Shown here piece after piece: positions 10,392 through 20,155 of a stretch of DNA of 22,343 bases. The first letter of the stretch is position 1, and every line of letters starts with the position of its first letter. Source of the stretch: a virus. The position numbers and the translations under genes are program-made. A model generated the notes under the pieces. That model had not been told where the DNA came from. It was given only the letters and a program-made list of their open reading frames with translations, and did not search any database. The stretch lies in the UHGV virus genome UHGV-0208881; one strand, given 5' to 3'.

Positions 10392-11687
10392 TCACGCAGT
10401 CTGGTTAGGCAGACCAACACCAATTGCCTCTGGCCGTACAGCACATGCTGAATACCACACAGCAATACGGCACTTACCAGACAGAGTATTGATATCACCC
10501 TGCGTTGCGAAGATGCCGTTAACACCAATACCAGGAATGCTGAAGGAAGACGTTTTCATGCCAGCAAACAGTTCATGGGTTACCGGAATCGGCTGAGACA
10601 GCAGGCGGATTGAGTCATCAGCCCAGAACACGTTAGCGGTGGTTGTTGCCACGTTCAGAACGTTTACCGGAGTGGAATCAGCAAGAGAGGTGTTTACGTT
10701 AGCGTAAGCCTTCTCTTCTTTTGTCAGTGAAGAGTCATCAAGCGCAATCGGTTTCGGCGTGATTTCGATGTGAGTACTATCGATCACACGGGTGATTGAG
10801 AAAGTCGCATCATCAGTCAGCACGTTCTTCGCCATCTGAGACAGGAATTTCACACCAGTGAAGCTGATTTTGTCGCCGCGCTTAAATCCGGTGGTGGAGG
10901 ATACGGTCACCGTTGCAACACGGTTGTCGACGTTCTCCTTGTTACCATCGGTATCAAGGGTGTATGCCTGCGGCTTAAACTTCTGCGCTCCAGACACAGT
11001 TACACCAGTAGCGGTTGACTTGGTAACTGCCGGAAGTTTCGGTGAGCGAAGAATTTCATCAAAGCCAGCAATCTGACGCTGAATAGTACCGTTGCGATAC
11101 GCTTCTTCAGGAACGCGCCCAAAGATGTCACCATCTACCAGGTTGCGGCCTGCTTTGCGGTAATCGTCAGGGTTCAGGAAGTAACTGATGCCCATGTCGC
11201 GGTTTAGCTCACGGGAGAACATCAGGCGCTCTGCATCAGACACAAAATCCCAGCCAGACAGGCCAGTAGATGGACCAATTGCGCGGGTATCGTGAACAAC
11301 AAGCGAGCCCATTTCAGTTGCCTGTTTGGCAATCGCTGACTCAATGTTATTCGCCAGTTTTTTGGCGGATGCCTGGATGCGGCGACGGTAAGAACGCTCA
11401 TCACGCAGGTCATCTGCACGAAGCTCGAAGAAATCGTTATCCGGATCGCCCATGTTGCATTTCACGGAGAGTTCCAGAATCCCGGTTGCGTTGCCAGTTA
11501 AATCCCAGCCAGTCTGGGTTGGCGCTTCCTGCTCAACAGGCATCCACACGGTGTTGCTTGAACGCTGCATGGATTCTGCCGGAGGGGTGTATTTTGTCAC
11601 TTTGGACGCCATTGGCGTCAGGTTCTGGACGGTTTCGATGATTTCATCCAGAGCATACGTGACCAGTTGACCTTCATTTAATGCCAT
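10392..11687 (-). CDS. Major capsid (coat) protein, P22 gp5-like
   Basis: 431-aa ORF (P22 coat is 430 aa). N-terminus [10 protein letters not shown]...DEIIETV and C-terminus [13 protein letters not shown] match remembered P22 coat. Start overlaps the scaffold stop. Confidence 0.9.
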   Translation of the reverse strand: MALNEGQLVTYALDEIIETVQNLTPMASKVTKYTPPAESMQRSSNTVWMPVEQEAPTQTGWDLTGNATGILELSVKCNMGDPDNDFFELRADDLRDERSYRRRIQASAKKLANNIESAIAKQATEMGSLVVHDTRAIGPSTGLSGWDFVSDAERLMFSRELNRDMGISYFLNPDDYRKAGRNLVDGDIFGRVPEEAYRNGTIQRQIAGFDEILRSPKLPAVTKSTATGVTVSGAQKFKPQAYTLDTDGNKENVDNRVATVTVSSTTGFKRGDKISFTGVKFLSQMAKNVLTDDATFSITRVIDSTHIEITPKPIALDDSSLTKEEKAYANVNTSLADSTPVNVLNVATTTANVFWADDSIRLLSQPIPVTHELFAGMKTSSFSIPGIGVNGIFATQGDINTLSGKCRIAVWYSACAVRPEAIGVGLPNQTA

Positions 11688-12598
11688 TATCGAATTCCTT
11701 TATTCAGTTGCGCCTTAAGCTTGCGGTACGTCTCTACATCCCCTTTGTTTGCTGCCGCTTCCATCTGCTTTTCAATCGCAGAGATATTTGCAGCAACAGC
11801 GTGCCCCTGAATGGGTTCATCAGGTAACGGGGCTTCTGAAACAGGCTTGGCTCGAGGCTTGAGAGTTAAACGTTCTGACAGTCGAGTGAGTTCAATCAGC
11901 GCGGATTGCCCGTCCATCGCCAGCAACTGGCGTGTTTTCTCAGGATTAGCACCAAGGTGATACATGAGAGCAGCGGATTTCTCCGGGAAGAGGCGCATGA
12001 TGTCGGCACCGACTGCTGGCGGCACCAGTTGCATGAATGCATCCTCTTTCTCCTGATAGTCAGGGATATTGAGCTTTTCCGCTGCATCGTAGTGCTTACG
12101 GGCGGCCTCGACGTATTGCGCTGATTGCTGGGTGAACTCCTGAGTTTTGCGGCCCTGCTCGGCGACAGCCTGGCTTCGTGCGTCCATAGCCTTGATCTGC
12201 CATTCACTGTTTGCCTGCTGGAAGGCCGCCAGTGCGCGGCTCTGGTCATAGTCGTACTTAGCCAGTGCGTCTTCGGAAAGATAATCGTTAGGGTCTGGTT
12301 GTTTTGGTAACTCAGGACTCACCCGCAGGTGCTCCGGCAACTCTCCACGCTTAACCGCTTCCATCTGCTGCTCAAGCTCACGCTGGCGTTTGCGTTCGAT
12401 GCGGCGACGGGCAAATTCAGCATTAGTTGCCGGGTCTTGTTTTGGTTTCTCATCGTCTTTCAGGACAATCTCGAAGCCTTCTTCCTGACCTGCGTTGTCG
12501 TTGGCATTATCGACAACTAAGCCATCAGCAGATGCCGCTGCATGATTGCCGGGCAGGGTTAATTCTTCAGAAGCCTGAATGTCGGTGGTTTGTTCCAT
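11687..12598 (-). CDS. Scaffolding protein, P22 gp8-like
   Basis: 303-aa ORF (same length as P22 gp8). Matches remembered gp8 over the central [26 protein letters not shown] block and the C-terminal coat-binding region [11 protein letters not shown]. Confidence 0.9.
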   Translation of the reverse strand: MEQTTDIQASEELTLPGNHAAASADGLVVDNANDNAGQEEGFEIVLKDDEKPKQDPATNAEFARRRIERKRQRELEQQMEAVKRGELPEHLRVSPELPKQPDPNDYLSEDALAKYDYDQSRALAAFQQANSEWQIKAMDARSQAVAEQGRKTQEFTQQSAQYVEAARKHYDAAEKLNIPDYQEKEDAFMQLVPPAVGADIMRLFPEKSAALMYHLGANPEKTRQLLAMDGQSALIELTRLSERLTLKPRAKPVSEAPLPDEPIQGHAVAANISAIEKQMEAAANKGDVETYRKLKAQLNKGIR

Positions 12599-12611
12599 GA
12601 TTAACTCTCTC

Positions 12612-14777
12612 TTATTGAGGTGTCTCGGCTACTCCGCCGGAGGGTATTTGAACTTGACGCATAAGATTCGCGAAATCCATGCGTTGTGAATGAGTCTGGT
12701 CTGCATCTTTAAGAAGCAGCTCAGCGTTAGCACGAGCATCTTTGCTGCGCTGTTGCTGGAATTGACCTACGAGCTTGAGGTACTCACGCAGTTCTGCCTG
12801 CTTGTCGAGGTCCATATTGTTGAAGATTTCCGCAATCTTCGCGGCGTTGAGTTGGTTTTGTGCTTCAACCTTGGCAGCTTCAACCTGAATCTGCGCCTGT
12901 TGGTTCTCTGCCTTGAGCAATTCAGCCTGACCTTGCAGAAGGATACCCTGCGCCTGAATTTGCTCTGCTGATGGCTGCTGCGGCTGCTGTTGCGCCTGCT
13001 GCACCATCTCCATCTCTTCAGGTGTTTCTGGTTTCTTCAGCCCCATCATCACCAGTTGCTTGTTCGCGTACTCTCGCATCATCTCGACGCCTTTACCGTC
13101 AAGCAGCGTGAAGTATTGCAGCATCAGCATCTGGAACTCTGGAGTACCTTGCGGAACCTTGGTGAGCAACTCCTGAATCTCTGCGCGGTTCTGTTCCTTC
13201 ATACTCTGGAAGGATGGCCCAACGTCCGTATAGCACTCATAGCGACCGCGAATGTCGTTGAGTGTGACCACATTGCCGGACTGGTAATCGACAACTTGCG
13301 CGTAGAGTTGAACGTCTTTCTCGCTTCCATCTTCGAGTGTCAGCGTTACATGACGAGGAACGTCATAAATATCGTTGACCATTGAGGCATAAATCTCGCC
13401 ATCACGTCGCATTGCGGTAGCCAGGTTATCCTGAAACACGTATGTCTCAAGGTCTGCCCGCATGTTCAGTTGATTGACGGTATCGAAAGCGACCTGACCA
13501 TTTGCCGCCTGCGCATCCACGCCAAGACTAGCCACCTCTTTCACTGCGTTGGTGGCAGCCTCAAGCATGTAAGCGTTGGCTTGCGGCACTTCAGGGTTTT
13601 CCATGTAGGAGATTGGACCAATCGGCAGGTCGTTACCGTTTTCATCGGTCCTGTTCTGCAGATAGTACGGATAGTCATCATTTCCACCGTACATGTATTC
13701 GTAGCCTTCGATTTGCTCAGGGAAGAAGGTCGGTTTCTTCTTCGGTGAACGAGCAACAATATCGGCGTTGAACGACATGATCATGTTACGAAGGCGTTGA
13801 CCGTCTTTCGTCAGCCTTACCACGCCCTCGTAGCACTCCTTGTCACCAGCGAATGACCATTCGCCGTACACAGGAACGATTGGGATATGCTCTCCAGCTA
13901 TCTTCTCGCGGTCTTTCAGTATCTGCGTGCAGGTGATGATCGACTTATACACACGCCGACGCTTGACCTTACGCTCTGCTACCTTAATGAATCCACGATT
14001 AGCCAGGTCGTCGATGACGTCTTTGATATCCTGCTGGTAATAGCTGACCGGCTCACCTGTCAGCGGGTCGCGGTAGATGAAGACCTTCTCTTTCTTCTCT
14101 TCGACCTCGTAATACTCAGCGACGTAGACGACATCATTCGATACCCACGGAAACAGCCATGTATCGTTCGGATTCTGGAAAGATGGCAAGGTGTCCGGAT
14201 CAATACCGTAATCCTCTGCGAACTCTTTCCAGCCATTGCGCGACAAGGCGTTAATCACCGTGCAGTGCTTAGCGTCGCTCTTATCCATCTGCTTGCTGTT
14301 GGCGTCCCATATGACGTGTGAGCAGGCTTCATGAATTGGCAGGCGTCTGATTACCTGATTGTTGCTTGTTGGGTCGTTGTCTTCGTACTGTGTGACCAGA
14401 CGCCATGCACCAACGCCGGACTCTATCTGCTCACGAACGCCAACGTTAACGGCAATCTTTGCCGTGTTATGGCGCATATCAGTACGATACATCCCCATCA
14501 ACACATCGGCTGCATCAGGATTAGCGCCGTCTTTGGGTCGGAAGAGAACGTCGATAGGGTTCCGGCGCATCTCTGCGACCAGTTTCCTGACCACCGGGCG
14601 AACAACATCGAATTGTCCGCGATATTGCAGGGTGGTGTAGTTTGATAGCCAGTCATCCCATTGCGACACTCGGCTAAAATACAGGTCATTTGTCGCCTCG
14701 GTTCTGGCTTCATCGCTCGCCATCCAGTCTGCGTCAAACTTACACAGAATGGAATTGAGTCTGTTTTCGTCGGCCAT
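12612..14777 (-). CDS. Portal protein, P22 gp1-like
   Basis: 721-aa ORF (P22 portal about 725 aa). Conserved blocks [40 protein letters not shown] and the long C-terminal coiled-coil barrel region. Start ATG is directly adjacent to the terminase stop. Confidence 0.9.
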   Translation of the reverse strand: MADENRLNSILCKFDADWMASDEARTEATNDLYFSRVSQWDDWLSNYTTLQYRGQFDVVRPVVRKLVAEMRRNPIDVLFRPKDGANPDAADVLMGMYRTDMRHNTAKIAVNVGVREQIESGVGAWRLVTQYEDNDPTSNNQVIRRLPIHEACSHVIWDANSKQMDKSDAKHCTVINALSRNGWKEFAEDYGIDPDTLPSFQNPNDTWLFPWVSNDVVYVAEYYEVEEKKEKVFIYRDPLTGEPVSYYQQDIKDVIDDLANRGFIKVAERKVKRRRVYKSIITCTQILKDREKIAGEHIPIVPVYGEWSFAGDKECYEGVVRLTKDGQRLRNMIMSFNADIVARSPKKKPTFFPEQIEGYEYMYGGNDDYPYYLQNRTDENGNDLPIGPISYMENPEVPQANAYMLEAATNAVKEVASLGVDAQAANGQVAFDTVNQLNMRADLETYVFQDNLATAMRRDGEIYASMVNDIYDVPRHVTLTLEDGSEKDVQLYAQVVDYQSGNVVTLNDIRGRYECYTDVGPSFQSMKEQNRAEIQELLTKVPQGTPEFQMLMLQYFTLLDGKGVEMMREYANKQLVMMGLKKPETPEEMEMVQQAQQQPQQPSAEQIQAQGILLQGQAELLKAENQQAQIQVEAAKVEAQNQLNAAKIAEIFNNMDLDKQAELREYLKLVGQFQQQRSKDARANAELLLKDADQTHSQRMDFANLMRQVQIPSGGVAETPQ

Positions 14778-16277
14778 TTAAGTTCTCCGTGCGATGGGCC
14801 TGATTGGGGCTGGTATCTTTTTCTCTTTTGGTTTTTTGATGTCACGCATCATTTTTGCGAAGCGGCGCATCATGTATGCATAGCGAACGGCTGAGAGAAC
14901 GTCGTCGTTAAGCTTGACGATTTTCCCGTTTTCATCACGGTGATAGAGGCGGAACTCCTCAAAGAATGGCTCACAGGTGTTGAATACTTTGAAGCGACCA
15001 TCAAGCATCATGTCGCGCAATTCAGTGATGCCTGGCTCAACAGCGTTACCGCCATCAGGCCATGTCGCATGCTCCTGCAACATCATAAAACCAGCGTCTG
15101 CATACTGCCCTTTGAGCTGCTCACCGCCGCCCTTCTCATGCTGGTTTCCGTCATGAGGCCATGCGGTTGGCACTTTATGCGCCCATGATTTAACAGCTCC
15201 CCACGCCTGAACGGCTGTCTTTTCTTTCGCCTTCCACACGCGTGAAACGTAGATTGTGTCTGCGTCCTTATCCCACCAAAGCTGAACCTGCGCCTGAGGG
15301 TGATCCCATCCGAAATCCATCCCGCCAATTACGTAGAAGTGATCAGGGCACTCAAACGGCTGACACTTAATCGTCTCTTCCGGTATCTGGAAGATTCGAC
15401 CGCTACCCATCGTAGGAATACCGCGAGCACGCGCCTCTCTCTCATGCTCGGGATAGGATGCGATGATTTGCTCTTTCTGCTCGTCGGTGTAGTGCTCAGC
15501 GTCATAGATGGTCATGTTGACCACTTTCTGCGACTTGCTGGGATTCTTCAGGAACTTGGTAACAACGTCAGACATCCCCATCAGCGGGGTAAACGTCAGA
15601 ATTGAGAATTGCCCGTATTTGTTGGTACGGGTAAGCCCTTCGCCATAAATGCTGTATGGTGGTTCTTCGTCAAACCACACGCCATGGATTGTGTCACCCT
15701 GCCAGCGAGCGCGGCCTTGCGAGTATGGCTTGAAGTAGCAGATTGAAATGCCATCTTCAACGCCATCAGCCGTGTGATGCTTAACCAGAAGATGATCAAC
15801 AAGGTTCGGAAAGAAAGGAGACTTCTTCCAGCTAATGATGTCTTCTTTCGGTATGGAACCGTAGCCAGGCTCATCATTCTCTTCAATACGACCGCACAGG
15901 ATGCGTTGAGTCGTTTTGGTTACCGTCTCGTTTGTCTCGCCACCAATCCAGAAGACAACAGGCTCATAGAAACGCTTACCTTTCCACTCCCCGCCATATT
16001 TACCATCAGCAGGATAGCCTTTTGTGCCCGGATAACGCCCGGTAAGGTGAAACGCGACTTCAGCAGCACCAGTAAATGACTTGCCAAGCTGGTTACCAGC
16101 CATAAAACATCGCTCTGGATAGTCATGCCCGGCGTCGATGAACTCACGCTGTTTGCTGTATGGCGTAAATTCATATAGCAGGTGTGTGTTCCGGTAGTTC
16201 TCTTCTTCTTCGAGTAGTTCGAGCAATTCGATTTGCTCTTCGTCGCTCAGGTTATCAAGAATCGCGTCCAGTTCCAC
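14778..16277 (-). CDS. Terminase large subunit, P22 gp2-like (headful packaging ATPase/nuclease)
   Basis: 499-aa ORF (same length as P22 gp2). N-terminus [37 protein letters not shown] matches remembered gp2; Walker A-like GNQLGKS. Confidence 0.9.
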   Translation of the reverse strand: MELDAILDNLSDEEQIELLELLEEEENYRNTHLLYEFTPYSKQREFIDAGHDYPERCFMAGNQLGKSFTGAAEVAFHLTGRYPGTKGYPADGKYGGEWKGKRFYEPVVFWIGGETNETVTKTTQRILCGRIEENDEPGYGSIPKEDIISWKKSPFFPNLVDHLLVKHHTADGVEDGISICYFKPYSQGRARWQGDTIHGVWFDEEPPYSIYGEGLTRTNKYGQFSILTFTPLMGMSDVVTKFLKNPSKSQKVVNMTIYDAEHYTDEQKEQIIASYPEHEREARARGIPTMGSGRIFQIPEETIKCQPFECPDHFYVIGGMDFGWDHPQAQVQLWWDKDADTIYVSRVWKAKEKTAVQAWGAVKSWAHKVPTAWPHDGNQHEKGGGEQLKGQYADAGFMMLQEHATWPDGGNAVEPGITELRDMMLDGRFKVFNTCEPFFEEFRLYHRDENGKIVKLNDDVLSAVRYAYMMRRFAKMMRDIKKPKEKKIPAPIRPIARRT

Positions 16278-16749
16278 GGTTGAATAGCTCCTTGATACGA
16301 GAGCGCCGTTTATCGCGATCTCCCTTATCAGGTGTCACGTCTTCAACTTGCGACTGCTCTTTGAGGCCCAAATCACGGGCGATGATGTTAGCGTTGAGAA
16401 GGTCAGCGGCTGCGCCAGAGAATTTCTGGTCGTAGATGACCTGTTCTGCTCGCGTAACGACTTCAGATAAATCTTCTCGCAGGCGATATGTGCGCCATGT
16501 TTCAAGTGTCACATCAATGAACAGAGTGAGGCCTGTAATAGTCATCGCTCGCATCTTGGCGATAGGCTCTTGTATCACTTCACCCTGATACGAGAACGCC
16601 TTCATCTCCCATAGCGGGTTAGCTTCTACCCACTCGAAGTATTCACAACAAGCAGCCCACAGCGCCTCAGGCGATTCGAATTTAGGATTTCGCCCATGAC
16701 TACTGCGGGCCTCCCAAAATCGGTTGCCCTTTGGTGCTGCCATATTCAT
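16255..16749 (-). CDS. Terminase small subunit, P22 gp3-like; true start possibly at the third codon (16743), giving 162 aa
   Basis: ORF begins [24 protein letters not shown]; remembered P22 gp3 begins [10 protein letters not shown] and is 162 aa. 3' end overlaps the large-terminase start by 23 nt. Contains the pac sequence. Confidence 0.85.
   Translation of the reverse strand: MNMAAPKGNRFWEARSSHGRNPKFESPEALWAACCEYFEWVEANPLWEMKAFSYQGEVIQEPIAKMRAMTITGLTLFIDVTLETWRTYRLREDLSEVVTRAEQVIYDQKFSGAAADLLNANIIARDLGLKEQSQVEDVTPDKGDRDKRRSRIKELFNRGTGRDS
16449..16476 (-). other. pac site (headful packaging recognition sequence) inside the small-terminase gene
   Basis: Minus strand reads GAAGATTTATCTGAAGTCGTTACGCGAG, matching the P22 pac sequence as I remember it, in the codons for EDLSEVVTR. 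Consistent with P22-type terminase and absence of lambda cos/Nu1/A. Confidence 0.6.
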
Positions 16750-16766
16750 CTCACTTAATCGTTATT

Positions 16767-16946
16767 TCAGGTTAAGGACTCTTTCGCGCCTTCAATCAGT
16801 TGCTGCTTCAGCAATTCGAGTGTGCCAATCGCCTCGCATAAACTGATTTCACCATCGTAATCATGGATGACGCTTTCCAGCCTCTCGTATAGCTCTTGAG
16901 TAATTGGGAATTTCTTCTCCTTACCCAAATTGATTACGCGGCTCAC
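16767..16946 (-). CDS. Possible small ORF (59 aa, GTG start) between the 80-aa ORF and the small-terminase gene; not in the ORF track
   Basis: Hand translation of the minus strand: GTG at 16946 preceded by GGAG about 6 nt upstream, 1 nt after the TGA of the upstream ORF; product VSRVINLGKEKKFPITQELYERLESVIHDYDGEISLCEAIGTLELLKQQLIEGAKESLT, stop TGA at 16767-16769. Fills an otherwise empty 198-bp gap. Confidence 0.3.
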   Translation of the reverse strand: MSRVINLGKEKKFPITQELYERLESVIHDYDGEISLCEAIGTLELLKQQLIEGAKESLT

Positions 16947-16947
16947 A

Positions 16948-17190
16948 TCATGCTCCGGTGGTGAACAGGTCTAACGCTTCCTTCGATTTACGCACCGCTT
17001 CAAATGTGCGGATCGTGATATCTGAATTAGCGCCACCTGACTGGAAGTGAATTTTGAATAGCTCAAGCTTCAGTTCGTCAGTGCCAATGAACTGAAATGC
17101 TTCCTCTGCGGCTGCGTTCTGGTTCATGACCAGCTTGTAAATCTCTAACTGGAATTTCTGTTCTTCAGTCATGGGAATAATCTCTGCCAT
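16948..17190 (-). CDS. Hypothetical small protein (80 aa), function unknown
   Basis: ORF with GGAGCC SD about 6 nt upstream of ATG; acidic, helical-looking sequence; co-oriented with the late operon. Confidence 0.55.
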   Translation of the reverse strand: MAEIIPMTEEQKFQLEIYKLVMNQNAAAEEAFQFIGTDELKLELFKIHFQSGGANSDITIRTFEAVRKSKEALDLFTTGA

Positions 17191-17215
17191 TGTTGGCTCC
17201 GTTTATCCGTTAAAA

Positions 17216-17237
17216 GGGATATCAGTTAAGTTATCCC
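17216..17237 (-). terminator. Weak candidate hairpin (GGGATA-N10-TATCCC) followed by TTTT on the minus strand, about 25 nt upstream of the 80-aa ORF start
   Basis: Perfect 6-bp inverted repeat read from sequence; only four T follow on the minus strand, so terminator function is uncertain. Confidence 0.25.
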
Positions 17238-17523
17238 GTGTAGGGTATAAGCCATTATCAAAGCCACTCTGTAGGGAATGGCTTTTGTGATGGCATCACT
17301 TACTCTTTACGCTGCTATCCCACTCATCCCGGAATTTTGATGGGTTATTGAAACCTTCTGCTGACATAACAACTCCTTCAATGTTTGGCTGAAATTAGGA
17401 TGTCTTTCCATCAGTCCGCCACCACAAAGAATCTTTTTTGCCATAAGGCAGGAGGTTCATCTTTCAGTGGCTGCCAGTGTTATTTCCCCACTTACTGGCT
17501 TGGGTTGTTTCGCTGTACTGCCG

Positions 17524-18066
17524 TTAATTAGTGAGTCCGGGGATTATGGTTTGCCCGTGCTGTTCAAGGCGTTCAATTCTCGCCAGTAGCTGAGGCTTCT
17601 TAATTTTTCCCCAGCGATTAAGCAGTCGACCTGACATGCTGGCAACATCCTTCTCTTTCATGTACTCCAGCATTACGGCATTTCTCTCTTCTTCAAATTG
17701 ACGATGACCAACCTGAAGCATGGCGTACATCCAGTTAAATGCGTTGATGTAAGCAATTTTGATACGCATTGCTTCTTTTTTGGTGTAGGACATAACCAAA
17801 AGCATCAACCCATCCTTGCGGAGACGGTAGAATTTTTGCGGCTTACCATTCTGTAACTCATTGTTTTTATAGCAAAGCTCAAAGTTGAGCTTTGTATCAA
17901 ACTCAGGAGGGCAAGCTTCTATGGTTCGTTCAATGTCACGAACTACGTTCTTCGGCAGCTTTCCAAATGCTTTTGCCACCATAAAAGAATCTGTAACCGG
18001 ATCGTTGTTTGCCACAAAAATCAGATCTCGGAAATCAATGCCGTTAACGATAGTTGGATAATGCAT
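17524..18066 (-). CDS. rha: Rha-family phage regulatory protein (antirepressor-like)
   Basis: 180-aa ORF. Motifs VTDSFMVAKAFGK...NVVRDIE and KDGLMLLVMSYTKKEAMRIKIAYINAFNWM fit the phage pRha domain consensus as I remember it. Sits between Rz and terminase, as P22 Rha does. Confidence 0.8.
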   Translation of the reverse strand: MHYPTIVNGIDFRDLIFVANNDPVTDSFMVAKAFGKLPKNVVRDIERTIEACPPEFDTKLNFELCYKNNELQNGKPQKFYRLRKDGLMLLVMSYTKKEAMRIKIAYINAFNWMYAMLQVGHRQFEEERNAVMLEYMKEKDVASMSGRLLNRWGKIKKPQLLARIERLEQHGQTIIPGLTN

Positions 18067-18210
18067 CAGTGATCACCTTTTAGTGATGAACCTTGTCACA
18101 CAGGATTCCGGCCCACAGAAAGGCACCGATCACCAAACCGGCATCCTCAAGGGTCATCCTGAAAGGTTCTGTGTTCATAAGTCGCGCGTGTGAAGCGCGT
18201 TTACTGCGGA

Positions 18211-18238
18211 CATAAAAAAGCCCCGCATCGCGAGGCTC
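18211..18238 (-). terminator. Intrinsic terminator downstream of the lysis cassette
   Basis: Minus strand reads AGCCTCGCGATGCGGGGCT (8-bp stem including one G-U pair, 3-nt loop) followed by TTTTTTAT, about 30 nt after the Rz stop. Confidence 0.55.
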
Positions 18239-18269
18239 ATTAAATTGACTTTGTGATTTGCAAAAAAAT

Positions 18270-18707
18270 TTATTTCAGGCACTGAGTCCTGATGTACTCC
18301 TGTAGGTAGTTAACCTGCGCGGTTATCCTGTCGATTCCACTTCGGAGACGGTAATAATTGAGTTCAGCATCTGCTGTAAGTCTTGGGCTTTCTCCATCGC
18401 CCATGCCGCTGGCTCCGGTCGTTGACTTTGCACAGGTGGCGGCGACTTGCAGGCGCTTACGCCCAGCAGAAACATCAGCACGGAGACTTTCGATAGTCGC
18501 GTTAGCATCAGCAAGCTCCTTTGTGTATCTGGCGTCGAGTTCTGCTACGTCACGTTGACGCTCCTGCATGTCAGCGATTATGGATGTGGCTTTATCGCGC
18601 TGCTCTTTGTAGGTCATGGCGTTATCACGGTAATGATTAACAGCCCATGACAGACAGACGATGATGCAGATAACCAGAGCGGAGATAATCGCGGTTACTC
18701 TGCTCAT
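18270..18707 (-). CDS. Rz: Rz-type inner-membrane spanin (i-spanin), 145 aa
   Basis: N-terminus [30 protein letters not shown] (TM segment) as in lambda Rz / P22 gp15; start overlaps the R stop (ATGA). Beyond about residue 35 it differs from lambda Rz as I remember it, and the 145-aa length equals P22 gp15. Confidence 0.85.
   Translation of the reverse strand: MSRVTAIISALVICIIVCLSWAVNHYRDNAMTYKEQRDKATSIIADMQERQRDVAELDARYTKELADANATIESLRADVSAGRKRLQVAATCAKSTTGASGMGDGESPRLTADAELNYYRLRSGIDRITAQVNYLQEYIRTQCLK
18323..18514 (-). CDS. Rz1: Rz1-type outer-membrane lipoprotein spanin (o-spanin), embedded in the +1 frame of Rz
   Basis: 63-aa ORF wholly inside Rz in a different frame; signal peptide [22 protein letters not shown] with lipobox ending in Cys, then a Pro-rich mature region ([13 protein letters not shown]). 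Confidence 0.75.
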   Translation of the reverse strand: MLMLTRLSKVSVLMFLLGVSACKSPPPVQSQRPEPAAWAMEKAQDLQQMLNSIITVSEVESTG

Positions 18708-19180
18708 ACCTCAATCTCTCTGACCGTTCCGCCTGCTTCTTTGAATTTTGCAATCAGGCTGTCAGCCTTATGCTCGAACTGACCATAACCAGCGCCCGGC
18801 AGTGAAGCCCAGATATTGCTGCAACGGTCGATTGCCTGACGGATATCACCGCGATCAATCATCGGTAAAGCGCCACGCTCTTTAATCTGCTGTAGTGCAA
18901 CAGCGTCCTGACTTTTGGAAGAGAAGTCTTTCAGGCCAAGTTGCTTGCGGTAGGCATCCCACCAACGGGAAAGAAGCTGGTAACGTCCGGCTGCTGTTGA
19001 TTTGAGTTTTGGGTTTAGCGTGACAAGTTTGCGAGGGTGATCTGAGTAATCAGTGAATAGCTCCCCGCCAACAATGACGTCATAACCATGATTTCTGGTT
19101 TTCTGTCGTCCGTTATCAGTTCCCTCTGACCACGCCAGCATATCGAGGAACGCCTTACGTTGATTATTGATTTCCACCAT
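18704..19180 (-). CDS. R: Endolysin, lambda R-type lytic transglycosylase
   Basis: 158-aa [42 protein letters not shown]...; essentially identical to lambda R as I remember it. Start overlaps the S gene 3' end. Confidence 0.95.
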   Translation of the reverse strand: MVEINNQRKAFLDMLAWSEGTDNGRQKTRNHGYDVIVGGELFTDYSDHPRKLVTLNPKLKSTAAGRYQLLSRWWDAYRKQLGLKDFSSKSQDAVALQQIKERGALPMIDRGDIRQAIDRCSNIWASLPGAGYGQFEHKADSLIAKFKEAGGTVREIEV

Positions 19181-19487
19181 CTTCTACTCCGGCTTTTTTA
19201 GCAGCGAAGCGTTTGATAAGCGAACCAATCGAGTCAGTACCGATGTAGCCGATAAACACGCTCGTTATATAAGCGAGATTGCTACTTAGTCCGGCGAAGT
19301 CGAGAAGGTCACGAATGAACCAGGCGATAATGGCGCACATCGTTGCGTCGATTACTGTTTTTGTAAACGCACCGCCATTATATCTGCCGCGAAGGTACGC
19401 CATTGCAAACGCAAGGATTGCCCCGATGCCTTGTTCCTTTGCCGCGAGAATGGCGGCTAACAGGTCATGTTTTTCTGGCATCTTCAT
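19164..19487 (-). CDS. S: Holin / antiholin, lambda S-type with dual start (S107 from Met1, S105 from Met3)
   Basis: 107-aa [37 protein letters not shown]...; the Met-Lys-Met dual-start motif and sequence match lambda S. Confidence 0.95.
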   Translation of the reverse strand: MKMPEKHDLLAAILAAKEQGIGAILAFAMAYLRGRYNGGAFTKTVIDATMCAIIAWFIRDLLDFAGLSSNLAYITSVFIGYIGTDSIGSLIKRFAAKKAGVEDGGNQ

Positions 19488-19507
19488 GTCTTACCCCCAA
19501 TAAGGGG
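19488..19507 (-). promoter_or_regulatory. sdi-type stem-loop and SD upstream of the S dual start
   Basis: Minus strand CCCC-TTATT-GGGGG-TAAGAC-ATG-AAG-ATG; the stem-loop abutting the ribosome-binding region is the arrangement known in lambda to set the S107:S105 ratio. Confidence 0.5.
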
Positions 19508-19884
19508 ATTTGCTCTATTTAATTAGGAATAAGGTCGATTACTGATAGAACAAATCCAGGCTACTGTGTTTAGTAATCAGATTTGTTCGTGACCGATATG
19601 CACGGGCAAAACGGCAGGAGGTTGTTAGCGCAACCTCTTGCCACCCGCTTTCACGAAGGTCATGTGTAGAAGGCCGCAGCATAACTATCACTGATGAATT
19701 CAGGATAGCCAGTGGCTACGGCTCAGTTTGGGTTGTGCTGTTGCTGGGCGGCGATGACGCCTGTACGCATTTGTTGATCCGGTTCTGCTTCCGGTATTCG
19801 CTTAATTCAGCACAACGGAAAGAGCACTCGGTGCATTTAAGCCAAGCCCCATAAGGGAGAATGCTCTTACCTGTTGCACAGATA

Positions 19885-19941
19885 TAAAAAATCCCGAAAC
19901 CGTTATGCAGGCTCTAACTATTACCTGCGAACTGTTTCGGG
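19885..19941 (-). terminator. tR'-type intrinsic terminator of the short pR' transcript
   Basis: Minus strand CCCGAAAC...GTTTCGGG (with inner GCAGG/CCTGC stem) followed by ATTTTTTAT, about 194 nt downstream of the pR' start as in lambda. Confidence 0.7.
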
Positions 19942-20078
19942 ATTGCATTTTGCAGACCTCTCAGCCTGCGATGGTTGGAGTTCCAGACGATACGTCGAAG
20001 TGACCAACTAGGCGGAATCGGTAGTAAGCGCCGCCTCTTTTCATCTCACTACCACAACGAGCGAATTAACCCATCGTT
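19885..20078 (-). ncRNA. Lambda 6S-type short late leader transcript (pR' to tR', about 194 nt)
   Basis: Bounded by the pR' -10 at 20085-20090 (start about 7 nt downstream) and the tR' U-tract; sequence matches the lambda pR'-tR' region as I remember it. Transcript ends are inferred. Confidence 0.55.
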
Positions 20079-20113
20079 GGGTCAAATTTACCCAACTTTA
20101 TTCAATAAGTCAA
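20060..20113 (-). promoter_or_regulatory. Late promoter pR' with Q-utilisation (qut) site
   Basis: Minus strand TTGACT (-35, 20113-20108), 17-bp spacer, TAAATT (-10, 20090-20085), then TGACCCAACGATGGG pause region; matches lambda pR'/qut layout, about 40 bp downstream of the Q stop. Confidence 0.8.
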
Positions 20114-20155
20114 TATCATGCCGTTAATATGTTGCCATCCGTGGCAATCATGCTG

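Noticed and set aside
688-15605. Numerous plus-strand ORFs of 60-144 aa (e.g. 12990..13385, 13887..14321, 14331..14645, 4670..5023)
   Set aside because: All lie antisense to long, well-supported minus-strand structural genes, lack convincing SD sequences and have odd composition (e.g. His/Leu-rich); treated as frame artefacts.
2959-16174. Minus-strand ORFs nested out of frame inside larger genes (e.g. 2959..3171, 6745..7050, 7115..7363, 11896..12249, 15083..15328, 15596..15886, 15920..16174)
   Set aside because: Each lies wholly inside a recognised conserved gene in another frame with no start signals; the only embedded ORF accepted is Rz1, which has a signal peptide and lipobox.
18080-18178. 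32-codon minus-strand ORF (MNTEPFRMTLEDAGLVIGAFLWAGILCDKVHH) with a hydrophobic segment, between the post-Rz terminator and rha
   Set aside because: No recognisable Shine-Dalgarno sequence upstream and it follows a terminator without an obvious promoter; too weak to call, though a small membrane peptide cannot be excluded.
16948-18269. Lambda cos site and Nu1/A terminase genes, or the lambda bor gene, downstream of Rz
   Set aside because: Not present; the region is occupied by rha, small ORFs and a P22-type small terminase with an internal pac site.
19614-19643. 12-bp-stem hairpin (GGCAGGAGGTTG...CAACCTCTTGCC) followed by GTTTTG between tR' and S
   Set aside because: As far as I recall this hairpin is also in the lambda Q-S spacer, so it is not evidence of a new element; its function is uncertain.
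19488-20155. Possible toxin or moron insertion between Q and S (the site where Shiga-toxin phages carry stx)
   Set aside because: The gap is only about 670 bp and is filled by the lambda-type pR'/qut/6S/tR' region; no ORF is present.
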